A stretch of 63,221 bases of DNA, filler included. It is 6 parts of 6 records of this genome, joined end to end, with 100 filler letters (N's around TTAATTAATTAA, not from the genome) between each part and the next. Parts side by side here need not be neighbours in the genome. Positions count along the whole stretch, not along the records: positions 1 to 13,038 come from DRR723986_4859; positions 13,139 to 23,715 come from DRR723986_4866; 4 more parts are not named here. The stretch is one strand, 5' to 3'. Each line of letters opens with the position of its first letter. Position 1 is the first letter of the stretch. The translations under genes and the position numbers were made by a program. The notes beneath the pieces are model-generated. The model was not told the origin of the DNA, made no database searches, and worked only from the letters and a program-made list of their open reading frames with translations. Below are positions 10,457-19,791 of the stretch, piece after piece.

Positions 10457-10714
10457 ATGCCAAGATTTATTATTGAAAGAAACTTTGCGGAACGGCTCGA
10501 AATAGACAACGACGCTAAAATTCAGATAAAAGAGATCAATGACGAAGAGGGCGTCGAATGGATTTTTTCGTTCCTGAGCGCTGATAAACGTAAGACATAC
10601 TGTCTGTACGAAGCACCCGACGAAGACAGCCTGAGAAAAGCTGCCGAGCGCCTAAATATTCCAGCAGATGTCATAACATCAGTGGATCGGATCGATCCCG
10701 GCCTATTTGCCTAG
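10457..10714 (+). CDS. DUF4242 (SCO4226-like) small protein
   Basis: MPRFIIER...GVEWIFSFLSADKRKTYCLYEAPDEDSLRKAA...PADVITSV, 85 aa. Confidence 0.85.
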   Translation: MPRFIIERNFAERLEIDNDAKIQIKEINDEEGVEWIFSFLSADKRKTYCLYEAPDEDSLRKAAERLNIPADVITSVDRIDPGLFA

Positions 10715-10841
10715 CGATCTAGGCAAACAAACTCATTGGTTACAAGTTCTGTCCCGTCACCGAGAACAGGTGAAAAGAGGCATTTTTTCCAGTCGAGGCA
10801 GTTTGCAAGAAGCCTTACCTTAAAAAGGAAGGCCAATTCTT

Positions 10842-12257
10842 ATGTTTGAACTATTCACTCTCGACGGCGATACATCTATTTTAGATCAAGAGACTCTGAA
10901 CATACTTGATATGTCACTCAGAGGGACGGTGCATCTTAAGGGCAGTGCAGAATACGACGACGCCCGGACGATCTGGAATGGAATGGTTGACCACCACCCA
11001 GGCTTTGTGATCCGGGCCTTGGGAGCCAGCGATGTACAAAAAGCAGTAAATTTCGTACGCAACAGTAGACTTGTAATGTCGGTGAAATCCGGCGGCCACC
11101 AGATTGCGGGTCATGCGGTTTCCGATGGAACAGTAATGCTTGATCTGTCGCAGATGCGTTCAGTGTATGTTGACCCCGTGAACCAAATCGCCCGTGTGGA
11201 ACCCGGTGCCGTTCTGGCCGACGTGGATCGCGAGACCCAAGCGCACGCGCTGATAGTCCCGACAGGTATAAACTCGACCACCGGCATTGCAGGTCTCACG
11301 TTGGGTGGCGGCTTTGGGTGGACCACCCGGAAGTTTGGGATGACAATCGACAATCTTTTGTCAGTCGAAGTGGTAACAGCGGATGGATCTATCGTCACGG
11401 CATCAGCGACCAGCCACCCAGATCTTTTCTGGGCCATACGGGGCGGCGGTGGCAATTTTGGCGTGATTACCTCCTTTGAGTTCCAACTGCATCCTCTGGG
11501 GCCAGAAGTTCTGTCCGGATTGATCGTTCATCCGATCGCAGATGCGCCCGATCTGCTGGCAGAAGTCACAAAAATTGCCGACGGCGCGCCGGATGAATTG
11601 ACAGTCTGGAGCGTGATGCGCAAAGCTCCGCCCTTGCCGTTTCTTCCAGAGGAATGGCACGGACGTGAGGTCCTCATTCTCGCTGCTTGTTATGCCGGCC
11701 CCATGGATGAAGGTGAGACGGCAATGGCGGATTTGCGTGGCCTCGGGAGCCCGATAGTTGATGTCATTTCTCCGCACCCATTTGTAGGTTGGCAGGCCGC
11801 CTTTGATCCGCTTCTGTCGCCCGGAGCGCGCAATTATTGGAAGAGCCACGATTTCGCCGCTCTATCTTCAGATGCGATTACAACACTTCTGGAAGGGATT
11901 TCCACCTTGCCGGATCCGGCTTGCGAAGTGTTCATCGCTCATGTGGGTGGTGAAATGGAACGGGTTGGAGCAGATGAGACCGCATACCCAGAACGATCAT
12001 CGCATTTCATAATGAATGTGCACACCCGCTGGGAGGATCCCGCAAAGGACGATGAGTGTATCGCATGGGCGCGCACCCTTTATGATCGGATGAAACCCTT
12101 TTCTACCGGCAGCGCCTACGTGAATTTCATGCCTGAGGACGAAGCGGACCACATGGCGGGTGCTTATGGCGACAACGGTCAAAAATTGTCTCTTATCAAA
12201 GGTCAATATGATCCGGATAACCTTTTCAGAATGAATCACAATATATTACCTGCGTGA
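10842..12257 (+). CDS. FAD-binding oxidoreductase, VAO/berberine-bridge-enzyme-like
   Basis: KSGGH covalent-FAD His motif, GIAGLTLGGGFG, DLFWAIRGGGGNFGVIT and the C-terminal BBE motif YVNF...KGQYDPDNLFRMNHNI. Confidence 0.93.
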   Translation: MFELFTLDGDTSILDQETLNILDMSLRGTVHLKGSAEYDDARTIWNGMVDHHPGFVIRALGASDVQKAVNFVRNSRLVMSVKSGGHQIAGHAVSDGTVMLDLSQMRSVYVDPVNQIARVEPGAVLADVDRETQAHALIVPTGINSTTGIAGLTLGGGFGWTTRKFGMTIDNLLSVEVVTADGSIVTASATSHPDLFWAIRGGGGNFGVITSFEFQLHPLGPEVLSGLIVHPIADAPDLLAEVTKIADGAPDELTVWSVMRKAPPLPFLPEEWHGREVLILAACYAGPMDEGETAMADLRGLGSPIVDVISPHPFVGWQAAFDPLLSPGARNYWKSHDFAALSSDAITTLLEGISTLPDPACEVFIAHVGGEMERVGADETAYPERSSHFIMNVHTRWEDPAKDDECIAWARTLYDRMKPFSTGSAYVNFMPEDEADHMAGAYGDNGQKLSLIKGQYDPDNLFRMNHNILPA

Positions 12258-12312
12258 ATGGGTATGCATGTCTGCTATGGCATCAAACCGAGCATTGACT
12301 GCGCAGCACGGC

Positions 12313-12750
12313 TGACTTGCTCCCCATTGAGTCCGCTAATCTAGGTTAGCTTTGTTCAGGTTTTGGTCTTCTTTTGGCCGGTTAGCATATTCCGTTGGTG
12401 TCAGGCCAGCGAGGCTGGTGTGCGAGCGGTGATGGTTAAAGTCGTTGCGCCACGCCGCGATCAGATCGCGAGCATGGCGCAGGTTGTCGAACAGGTGTTC
12501 GTTCAAACACTCATCCCGCATCCTGCCGTTGAAGCTTTCCACAAACCCGTTTTGCATGGACTTGCCGGGCGCGATGTAGTGCCAGTCAGCCTTGCGGTCT
12601 TTTTGCCACTTCAGGATCGTATTCGAAGTCAGTTCGGTCCCATTGCCGCTGACCACCATACAGGGGTATCCACGCATCTCAGTACTCCGATTCAGCTCCC
12701 GTGGCACGGTCGCCTGAGAGGGACGTGTCGACAACAGCAGGATAGGCCGT
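12313..12750 (-). mobile_element. IS3-family (IS407-group) right-end remnant with an integrase-core OrfB fragment
   Basis: [13 protein letters not shown]...[29 protein letters not shown]...HTSLAGLTP; terminal TGACTTGCTCCCC at 12313. The left boundary is approximate. Confidence 0.85.
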
Positions 12751-12916
12751 CGGACCCTTGATGTTTTTCTAAGAGGCTTCAAAGGAGATTCAGCACATTT
12801 TGCAACAGAAATATTTACAAGCTCGTCAAAGGCCCTGTGAACCCTTTAAAATAGGGCTTTAGAGTAGATCCGCCCCTGCCCTAACCTTCAAAAACCAAAA
12901 GTTTTGACATTCTAAT

Positions 12917-13031
12917 CTGGGAAATCCGGTTCCCAGTTCAGATTTCATCTCCCAGAAGCCGAAAAGCGCAATGATTACAGTAGTTAAGTTGCAACATCAC
13001 TCATTTAATTTAGATCTAAACTGGGAACCGG
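12917..13031. repeat. Nested inverted repeats at the contig end
   Basis: CCGGTTCCCAGTTCAGATT (12926-12944) vs GATCTAAACTGGGAACCGG (13013-13031), 17/19 inverted; local hairpin CTGGGAA..TTCCCAG at 12917-12936. Confidence 0.7.
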
Positions 13032-13038
13032 TTTTTGA

Positions 13039-13138
13039 NNNNNNNNNNNNNNNNNNNNNNNNNNNNNNNNNNNNNNNNNNNNTTAATTAATTAANNNNNN
13101 NNNNNNNNNNNNNNNNNNNNNNNNNNNNNNNNNNNNNN
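13039..13138. other. Artificial contig spacer
   Basis: 44 N + TTAATTAATTAA (stops in all six frames) + 44 N. Confidence 0.99.
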
Positions 13139-14419
13139 CCTAGCCCCGCCGGTTCCCGCCGTGCCGCAGCACAACAGTGCCAGGACTTCGCGGGCGGATT
13201 GCTCGACGTCTTTGCGGTCAGAGCCGGCGGCAGCCAGTCGGATGCGAATATCAGAGGGTGGCGCACCAAGGTCCTCCTCACTCAGGACGCCTTCGTCGGA
13301 ATCGTGGACGCTGGACAGCCCGATGAGGTCAAAGCGCGCGGTGACATTCAGCCCGCGGAATTCCAACCTATCGCGCAGCACCTGCCGGGTCGCGCGGGCC
13401 CGGGCAAGAGCATTGGGGCCGGCCACCGACACTTCGCCCTCGCCGAGGTAGCTGCCGCCGAAACAGGCCGTGACCTTGAGCTTTTCCGGACGTGCACTGC
13501 CCGAGATCCCGAGGATCTGAACCCGGTTCTCGCCCACTTGGCGAAGGGTCACGTCGCTCAGGTCGACAATCACGTCGGGGGTAATGTAATGCGACGGGTC
13601 GTGGATCTCGTAGAGCAGCTGTTCCTTTATGGTGCGCGCGTCAACGATGCCGCCCGTGTCAGAGGCCTTGCAGATGGTGACAGAGCCGTCTTCGCCGACC
13701 TCGGCGATCGGGAAGCCGATATTCTCGGGGTTTGGGATGTCCTTGTAGCCCGGCTCAAAGAACACTCCGCCGCAGACCTGCGATCCGCATTCCAGCAGGT
13801 GCCCGGCGGTCGCCCCCGCGGCCAGTCGATCCCAGTCTTGTGCCGACCAGCCGAAGTGGTGGATCAGCGGGGCGAGGGCCAATGACGGATCACCGGTCCG
13901 ACCGCAGATCACCACATCGGCTCCCTTGTCGAGCGACTCGACGAGGGGCTGCGCGTCCAAATAGGCATTGGCCGAAACCAGCGTACCGTCGTGCACGTCG
14001 ATGCCTTCGTCGGCCTCGTAGACCTCGAGATCATCGAGCGAGACCTGTTCGCGGATATCATCACCCAACACCACGCCGATACGCATTCCTTTGATACCGA
14101 GGCTCTTGGCCAGCCGGCTGACGCAGCGCGCTGCCCCCATCGGGTTGGCGCCGCCGAAGTTCCCGATGATCTTGATACCGTTCTCGAAGCAGTCTCTCAG
14201 GATCGGGCTGAGAAGTGGCTCCAGCATCGGCTCATAGCCGCTGTCGTTGGAGGTCGTGCGCTCAAGCTGCGCAAGTGCCACGGTACGTTCCCCCAAAACC
14301 TCGAAAAAGATCGCGGAGGGCCGGCCGTCGGCGATCAGTGTCCTGACCACGGGAATGGGCGCATCGATTCGGTCACCGGAGAACCCGGAGCCATTGCCTA
14401 TCAAGAAGCTTGTTGACAT
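13139..14419 (-). CDS. Acyclic terpene utilization AtuA-family (DUF1446) protein, 3' truncated by the contig end
   Basis: IGNGSGFSGDR, FEVLGERT, GADVVICGR, AGHLLECGSQVCGG, KEQLLYEIHDP..YITPDV. Confidence 0.9.
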
Positions 14420-14433
14420 GTTTGCATCCTACT

Positions 14434-14601
14434 TTGCACGCGCAGTCATTATTATTCATCGAGACGGAAAGGCAACTGAATATTTTCAAATCCAATAACC
14501 CTATATGAATCAGTATTTTAAGAGGGATTCTTGCATCGTATCCGCGAGAGGCGGCCCGTGAAACCGAAACTTCATGGGAAAATTATTGCACGCGTGTCCA
14601 A
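14434..14601. promoter_or_regulatory. Candidate LacI-type operators in the divergent atuA/dctP promoter region
   Basis: TTGCACGCG occurs at 14434-14442 and 14586-14594 (the latter as TTGCACGCGTGTCCAA, a CG-centred pseudo-palindrome). A LacI gene lies in the same cluster. Confidence 0.45.
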
Positions 14602-14649
14602 AAATATTGTAGCTTTTCTGAGGGAGACATCGAATCGGAGGAGACACAC

Positions 14650-15678
14650 GTGACACAGCTTGGAAAATTCAAGACGCCCGCCACCCTCGTGGCCGGCGCG
14701 CTGGCGCTGGCCGGAGCAACCGTGGCCACCGCTCAGGAGGTTCGTTGGCAGGCGTCCACATGGGGCACGCCGCGCGCCGCCACTGCCGGAGCCGAAGCCT
14801 GGGTGGAGGAAATCGCCCGCCGCACCGACGGCGACTTCCAGATCACCATACACTATGGCGGTGAGCTTTCCGCCCCGCGCAACAATCTCGACAACCTGCA
14901 GCTTGGCGCCTTCCAGGTGGCGAACTACTGCGGTGGCTTCCATCCGGGCAAGCATCCGGCGTCGATGGTCGTCGAACTACCCTTCCTGCCGTTCGGAGAT
15001 CCGGTCGATCAGCGCGCGGCGCATGAAGCCGTCTATTCCCACCCGGCGGTTGAGAAAGAACTGGCGCGCTGGAATGCCAAGTGGATGCTGTCTTCGGTCC
15101 TTCCGCAAATGGAACTGATTGGTCGCGGCGATGCGGTCGAGACGCTGGCCGGGGTCAAAGGGCTACGCGTGCGTGCGCTAGGCCCGCTCGGCTCGGCCTA
15201 CGAAAAGGCTGGCGCTGTCCCGATGTCTCTTTCCGCGCCGGAGACCTATCAGGCCCTGTCGCAGGGTGTGCTGGATTCCGTGGCGATCGCACATTACGCA
15301 ATGGCCTCCTATCGGCTGTACGAGCCGTCGGACTGGGTAACCGAAAATCTCGCGCCCGGAACGGTGAATTGCCCCTGGGTAGTTGGTATCGGCGCCTGGG
15401 AAGCCCTGCCGCAGGAATATCAAGACATTGCCCTGGAGGCGCGGGAGGTGGCTTACGAAGCCTTTGCCAAGGCCTATGGCGCGGCGAACGATAGCGCGAT
15501 GCAGACGTTTCGCGACGAGGGGCTGACCGTTGTTTCCTTTCTCGAGGAAGAGCGCGAGAAGTTCCGCGAAATGAGCGGCGTGCCGATCTGGAGCGAGTGG
15601 ATCGCAGAGGCCGAGGCAAATGGTATTCCCGGACAGGAACTGTTTGACCGGATGATGGCTGCCGTTCCCGGCAACTGA
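14650..15678 (+). CDS. dctP: TRAP transporter substrate-binding protein DctP
   Basis: Signal peptide; RRTDGDFQITIHYGGEL, ELPF, KGLRVRA, ETYQALSQGVLD. Confidence 0.9.
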   Translation: MTQLGKFKTPATLVAGALALAGATVATAQEVRWQASTWGTPRAATAGAEAWVEEIARRTDGDFQITIHYGGELSAPRNNLDNLQLGAFQVANYCGGFHPGKHPASMVVELPFLPFGDPVDQRAAHEAVYSHPAVEKELARWNAKWMLSSVLPQMELIGRGDAVETLAGVKGLRVRALGPLGSAYEKAGAVPMSLSAPETYQALSQGVLDSVAIAHYAMASYRLYEPSDWVTENLAPGTVNCPWVVGIGAWEALPQEYQDIALEAREVAYEAFAKAYGAANDSAMQTFRDEGLTVVSFLEEEREKFREMSGVPIWSEWIAEAEANGIPGQELFDRMMAAVPGN

Positions 15679-15721
15679 TATCCGCCGGACGGTCCGAAAC
15701 GGTTAAGGGAGGTCGGAAACC

Positions 15722-16753
15722 ATGGCCAGTGAACATGACGGGCAGCGGCGATTCATCAATCGCCCGCCAGGCTCGAATTGGGGGGATTTCGGGCCGGATG
15801 ACCGCCTGGGGCGGCTCAATCTGATCACGCCCGCGCGGCGGCGCAAGGCGGCTGAAGAGATCCGCGAGGGCATTGCCTTTTGCCTCAGCCTGCCGCTGGA
15901 TATCCCCGGGCGCAACGTGCTCAACCCCAACCGGCATTCACCAAAGCTGAAACCGACCGTCCGGCGCCACGGCGAAGCCTTTCATTACCGCGTCGAGCAG
16001 GAACATGCGGGAGTCGTGGATGTGTCCTGCGATGATGTGATCACACTCTACAGCCAGTATTCCACCCAGTGGGATTCCCTTTGCCACAATGGGGCTCTGT
16101 TCGACGCGGACGGCGATGGCGTGAAGGAAGAGGTCTACTATAACGGCTACCGTGCGCGTGTCGACGTGACCGCCCCGGATGCGGAAAGTGGGCGCGCCGG
16201 GATCAACCCGCTGGGCATCGATCGCCTGGCCGAAAGCTGCGTTCAGGGCAGGGGGGTGCTGGTCGATCTCGAAAAGGTCTTCGGCCCGGAGCGGCGGCTG
16301 ATCGGTCTGACGGAGCTGCAGCACGCCATCGATAGCCTTGAGCTTGAGATTCAGCCGGGCGACATCCTTTGCCTGCATACCGGGTTTGCCCGGGAGCTTT
16401 GGAAGATGGGGGACACTCCTGATCCGAAAGCGCTGGCACAGGTCGGCGCGGAATTCGACGGTGCGGATCGTGGCCTGCTGGAGTGGATATCGGCGTCGGG
16501 CATTGCCGCGCTGATTGCCGACAACCCGGTGGTCGAACACCGGCCCCCGGCGCCCCGCAGCGAAGGCGTCCTGCTGCCGCTGCACAACCATTGCCTGTTT
16601 AAGCTTGGGCTGCCGCTGGGTGAGCTGTGGTATCTGTCGGACCTCGCTGACTGGCTGGACCGGGCCGGGCGGACGCGCTTTTTCCTCAGTGCGCCGCCAT
16701 TGCGCCTGCCCGGCGCGGTGGGGTCGCCCGTCTCGCCCGTTGCAACGGTATGA
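15722..16753 (+). CDS. Cyclase-family (kynurenine formamidase-like) metallohydrolase
   Basis: SNWGDFGPDDRLGRLN, SQYSTQWDSLCH, GRGVLVDL, ADNPVVE, GELWYL, PGAVGSPVSP. Confidence 0.88.
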   Translation: MASEHDGQRRFINRPPGSNWGDFGPDDRLGRLNLITPARRRKAAEEIREGIAFCLSLPLDIPGRNVLNPNRHSPKLKPTVRRHGEAFHYRVEQEHAGVVDVSCDDVITLYSQYSTQWDSLCHNGALFDADGDGVKEEVYYNGYRARVDVTAPDAESGRAGINPLGIDRLAESCVQGRGVLVDLEKVFGPERRLIGLTELQHAIDSLELEIQPGDILCLHTGFARELWKMGDTPDPKALAQVGAEFDGADRGLLEWISASGIAALIADNPVVEHRPPAPRSEGVLLPLHNHCLFKLGLPLGELWYLSDLADWLDRAGRTRFFLSAPPLRLPGAVGSPVSPVATV

Positions 16754-16779
16754 AACGCCAGTTTCGAAGTGGGGAGACC

Positions 16780-17346
16780 ATGCAGAAATCCGACAAAAGC
16801 CTTGCTGTGCTGGACCGGGTGGTCAGTGCGGTTGAGAATGTGGGCGCCGGCATCGGAGCTTGGGTCATCTTCGGCCTGCTGTGGCTCAGCGTGGCGGAAA
16901 TCCTGTCCCGGAACCTTCTTGGCGCGCCCTTGCGCGGCCAATTCGACATACTTGTTCTGGTCGGCCCGCTTTATGGTTTGCTAGGCCTTTCATATTGCTA
17001 CCGCAAGGCTGGGCACGTCCGCATGGACCTTGTGAACCGAAAGCTGACGGGCCGAAGCGCGCATGGCGCCGAGATCCTCATTGCCGTTTGCGCGCTGTTG
17101 ATCACCGTGCAGCTGATCCAGGGCTCTTTTGCGCATTTCAGCCGATCCTACATGTTCGGCGACACGACGATCGCCATGAACTGGCCGACCTGGCCCTCCA
17201 AGGTGGTCGCGCCGCTGTCCTTTGCGATCCTGGCAGCACGATTGCTGCTGACAATCTGGGCGCATGCGCGGTTGTTCATGGACCCTGACAAGCCCGCGAT
17301 TGCCATTCCGGTTCCGCCGGACCCCGTCACCGAAGCCGTCGATTGA
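16780..17346 (+). CDS. dctQ: TRAP small permease DctQ
   Basis: Four TM segments and GHVRMDL motif; lies between dctP and dctM; ATG 16780 follows SD GGGGAGA. Confidence 0.88.
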   Translation: MQKSDKSLAVLDRVVSAVENVGAGIGAWVIFGLLWLSVAEILSRNLLGAPLRGQFDILVLVGPLYGLLGLSYCYRKAGHVRMDLVNRKLTGRSAHGAEILIAVCALLITVQLIQGSFAHFSRSYMFGDTTIAMNWPTWPSKVVAPLSFAILAARLLLTIWAHARLFMDPDKPAIAIPVPPDPVTEAVD

Positions 17347-17381
17347 ACAACATCTTGCGGACCTGATCAAAGGATCGAGAC

Positions 17382-18680
17382 ATGGACCCCATCACTGTAG
17401 GGCTTATCGGAGTTTTCGGGCTGTTCGTCCTGATACTCGTCGGTTTCCCCATCGTTTTCGCGGCGGCGATCACCGGCTTTCTGGGGCTGACCTACCTCAA
17501 GGGATTTTCCGTCGCCACAAATATCGCCGGGCTACTCCCTTATGACAGTACGGCAAGCTATGAGTTGTCGGTCTTGCCGCTCTTCATCTTGATAGGTTTC
17601 CTCGCCAATTCTGCGGGCATGATCAACGGGGCTTACCGGTTTGCCCGGGCTTGGCTGGGCTGGATGCCGGGCGGGGTGGGTGTGGCAACCATCTTTGCCA
17701 GCGCCGGGTTCGGCGCCGTGTCCGGGGCCAGCACGGCGACGGCCGCGGTCTTTTCCCGTGTGGCCATCCCGGAATTGACGAAAAGCGGTTATTCTCTGAA
17801 AAACTCGGCTGCATTGGTCGCGGCAAGCGGCACCCTGGCGTCGCTGATCCCGCCCAGCACGATCCTCGTCGTTTACGGAATCATCGTCGAGGAATCGATT
17901 GGAAAACTTCTGCTGGCAGGTTTCATTCCGGGCTTCTTTTCCGCCGTGGTCTACGCCGCCTATATCGTCTTCGCCGCCAAGGCAGGAGCGGGCGACGGTC
18001 CGCAGATCATACGGGAAAGCTGGCGCGTGCGATTTGCTGAAGTGCCCCGTGTCCTGCCGATCGTCGCCGTCATTATGGTGATCATCGTCGGCATGTCGTC
18101 GGGCTGGTCCACGCCGACCGAGGCCGGGGCCGTGGGGGCCGGGATCGTTTTCGTCATGTTCCTGTTTTCCGGCAGATTCTCGTTCCGGGAGCTACATTAC
18201 TGCCTAATGGATTCAATCCGGCTCACGGTCATGATCTTTGCCACGATCTGGGGGGTGCTCATCCTCGCGCGGTTCCTGGCCTTCAGCGGGCTGCCGGGCG
18301 CGGTGGCCAATTGGATCGTGTCCCTCGACATGCATGCTTCGGCGATCCTGTGCATAATCCTCGCGGCTTATGTCGTGCTGGGCATGTTCATGAACGCCAT
18401 CGGCATGTTGCTGCTGACATTGCCGATCATCTTTCCTGCAATCGTCGAGCTAGGCTTTGATCCGATCTGGTTCGGCATCCTCGTGGTCAAGGTGGTCGAG
18501 ATCGGGCTAATTACGCCGCCGGTGGGATTGAACTGTTTCGTCGTGGCCGGGGTACGTCCCGACATTCCGCTGGGCTCCATTTTCAAGGGTGTCATCCCTT
18601 TCCTCTTGATGGACGTTATCACAATCGTGATCCTGTTTTCCTTCCCCGCAATCGTGTTATGGCTGCCGAGCCATGTATGA
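17382..18680 (+). CDS. dctM: TRAP large permease DctM
   Basis: LPLFILIG, GAVSGASTA, GTLASLIPPS, TPTEAG, GLITPPVGLN. Confidence 0.93.
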   Translation: MDPITVGLIGVFGLFVLILVGFPIVFAAAITGFLGLTYLKGFSVATNIAGLLPYDSTASYELSVLPLFILIGFLANSAGMINGAYRFARAWLGWMPGGVGVATIFASAGFGAVSGASTATAAVFSRVAIPELTKSGYSLKNSAALVAASGTLASLIPPSTILVVYGIIVEESIGKLLLAGFIPGFFSAVVYAAYIVFAAKAGAGDGPQIIRESWRVRFAEVPRVLPIVAVIMVIIVGMSSGWSTPTEAGAVGAGIVFVMFLFSGRFSFRELHYCLMDSIRLTVMIFATIWGVLILARFLAFSGLPGAVANWIVSLDMHASAILCIILAAYVVLGMFMNAIGMLLLTLPIIFPAIVELGFDPIWFGILVVKVVEIGLITPPVGLNCFVVAGVRPDIPLGSIFKGVIPFLLMDVITIVILFSFPAIVLWLPSHV

Positions 18681-18755
18681 GCGGAGTTCGTGAACCGCAA
18701 ACTCTTCCGATAGCATGGGACACAGCGATCCAGATCCCTGAAGTATGAAGGCAGC

Positions 18756-19769
18756 GTGATGGGCAAGAAGATATCTGGAGGCCGGGTCACTGCCGATGAT
18801 GTGGCGCGTGCCGCAGGGGTGTCGCGGTCTGTGGTATCTCGCACTTTCACCAAGGGCGCGTCTGTGTCAGACAAACGGCGCAAGCTGGTGCTGGAAACGG
18901 CAGAGAAACTTGGCTATGAGCCGAATATCGCTGCGCGTGTCCTTGCGGGGAAGGCCAGCAACGTGGTGGGCATTCTTACCGGCCCTTTGCTCAATCCCTT
19001 TCTTGCCGACTTGCTTGACAAGCTTTCGGACGGGCTGCGCGAGGCGGGGTTCCTTCCCACCTTGTTCAAGGTCGATGCCGAGGGCGATGCCAAGAGCATC
19101 CTGCCACTCATCGCCCAGTATCACATGGTGTCGACCATTGTGATGGGGATCTCGCCCTCGGCACGCATCTCCAAGCTCTTCGCCGGACAGTCGCAGATGC
19201 CGATCATCCTGAATCTGGGTGTCCTGCGGGACGTGGAGGCGGCCATCATTTCGACCGACCACTTCAAGGGCGGAATGTTGGCGGCCCAAGCCCTGCTGGA
19301 TGGTGGAGCCAGCAATTTCGCGGTGGTGTCGCGCCAGGTCGAAACCGGGATTTACGAAGATCGGGTGGACGGTTTTCGCCACGTACTTGGCCAAGCGGGC
19401 GTTCGCTGTACGGAGATCCTGGTAAAGGAAGGCTCATATGAGGCGGGTCGTGGAGCGGTAGTACAGCTTTCAAGAGGCGACGAACGCCCGGATGGGATAT
19501 TCTTCGGAAACGACATGATGGCGCTCGGCGGTCTGGATGCTTTGAGGATCGACCTGGGCCTTTCGGTTCCCGAGAATGTTGCAGTGGTCGGCTACGACGA
19601 TATTCCGAGCGCGGCCCTTGGTGCATACAGGATCAGCACAATCAGGCAGCCGGTTCGCAAACTGGCGGCAAAGGCTGTAAGTACGATATGTGATTTCGAC
19701 AGCGGCGCTCCGCCTGACCTGACCACCTCGTTGATCGCACCTGTCTACATCCCCCGTGAAACGATCTGA
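18756..19769 (+). CDS. LacI-family transcriptional regulator
   Basis: VTADDVARAAGVSRSVVSR HTH, LGYEPN, VPENVAVVGYDDI. Confidence 0.92.
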   Translation: MMGKKISGGRVTADDVARAAGVSRSVVSRTFTKGASVSDKRRKLVLETAEKLGYEPNIAARVLAGKASNVVGILTGPLLNPFLADLLDKLSDGLREAGFLPTLFKVDAEGDAKSILPLIAQYHMVSTIVMGISPSARISKLFAGQSQMPIILNLGVLRDVEAAIISTDHFKGGMLAAQALLDGGASNFAVVSRQVETGIYEDRVDGFRHVLGQAGVRCTEILVKEGSYEAGRGAVVQLSRGDERPDGIFFGNDMMALGGLDALRIDLGLSVPENVAVVGYDDIPSAALGAYRISTIRQPVRKLAAKAVSTICDFDSGAPPDLTTSLIAPVYIPRETI

Positions 19770-19791
19770 AGAAATGGAACGCCGAGGAACC

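Noticed and set aside
780-12312. Degenerate intergenic hairpin-like motifs (near 830-920, 5870-5900, 6690-6740, 12255-12310) as cassette recombination sites of the integrase
   Set aside because: I could not align them into a convincing consensus by eye; a MEME or covariance search would be needed.
1-12750. IS407-group OrfA fragment at the left and OrfB fragment at the right as one composite transposon
   Set aside because: Both are partial and on opposite strands, the left IR is outside the window, and no target duplication can be checked.
13039-13138. TTAATTAATTAA within N-runs, repeated five times in the window, as a biological repeat
   Set aside because: It has an identical 44N-12-44N format at each contig break and is an artificial all-frame-stop spacer. 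ORFs running into it and gene links across it were ignored.
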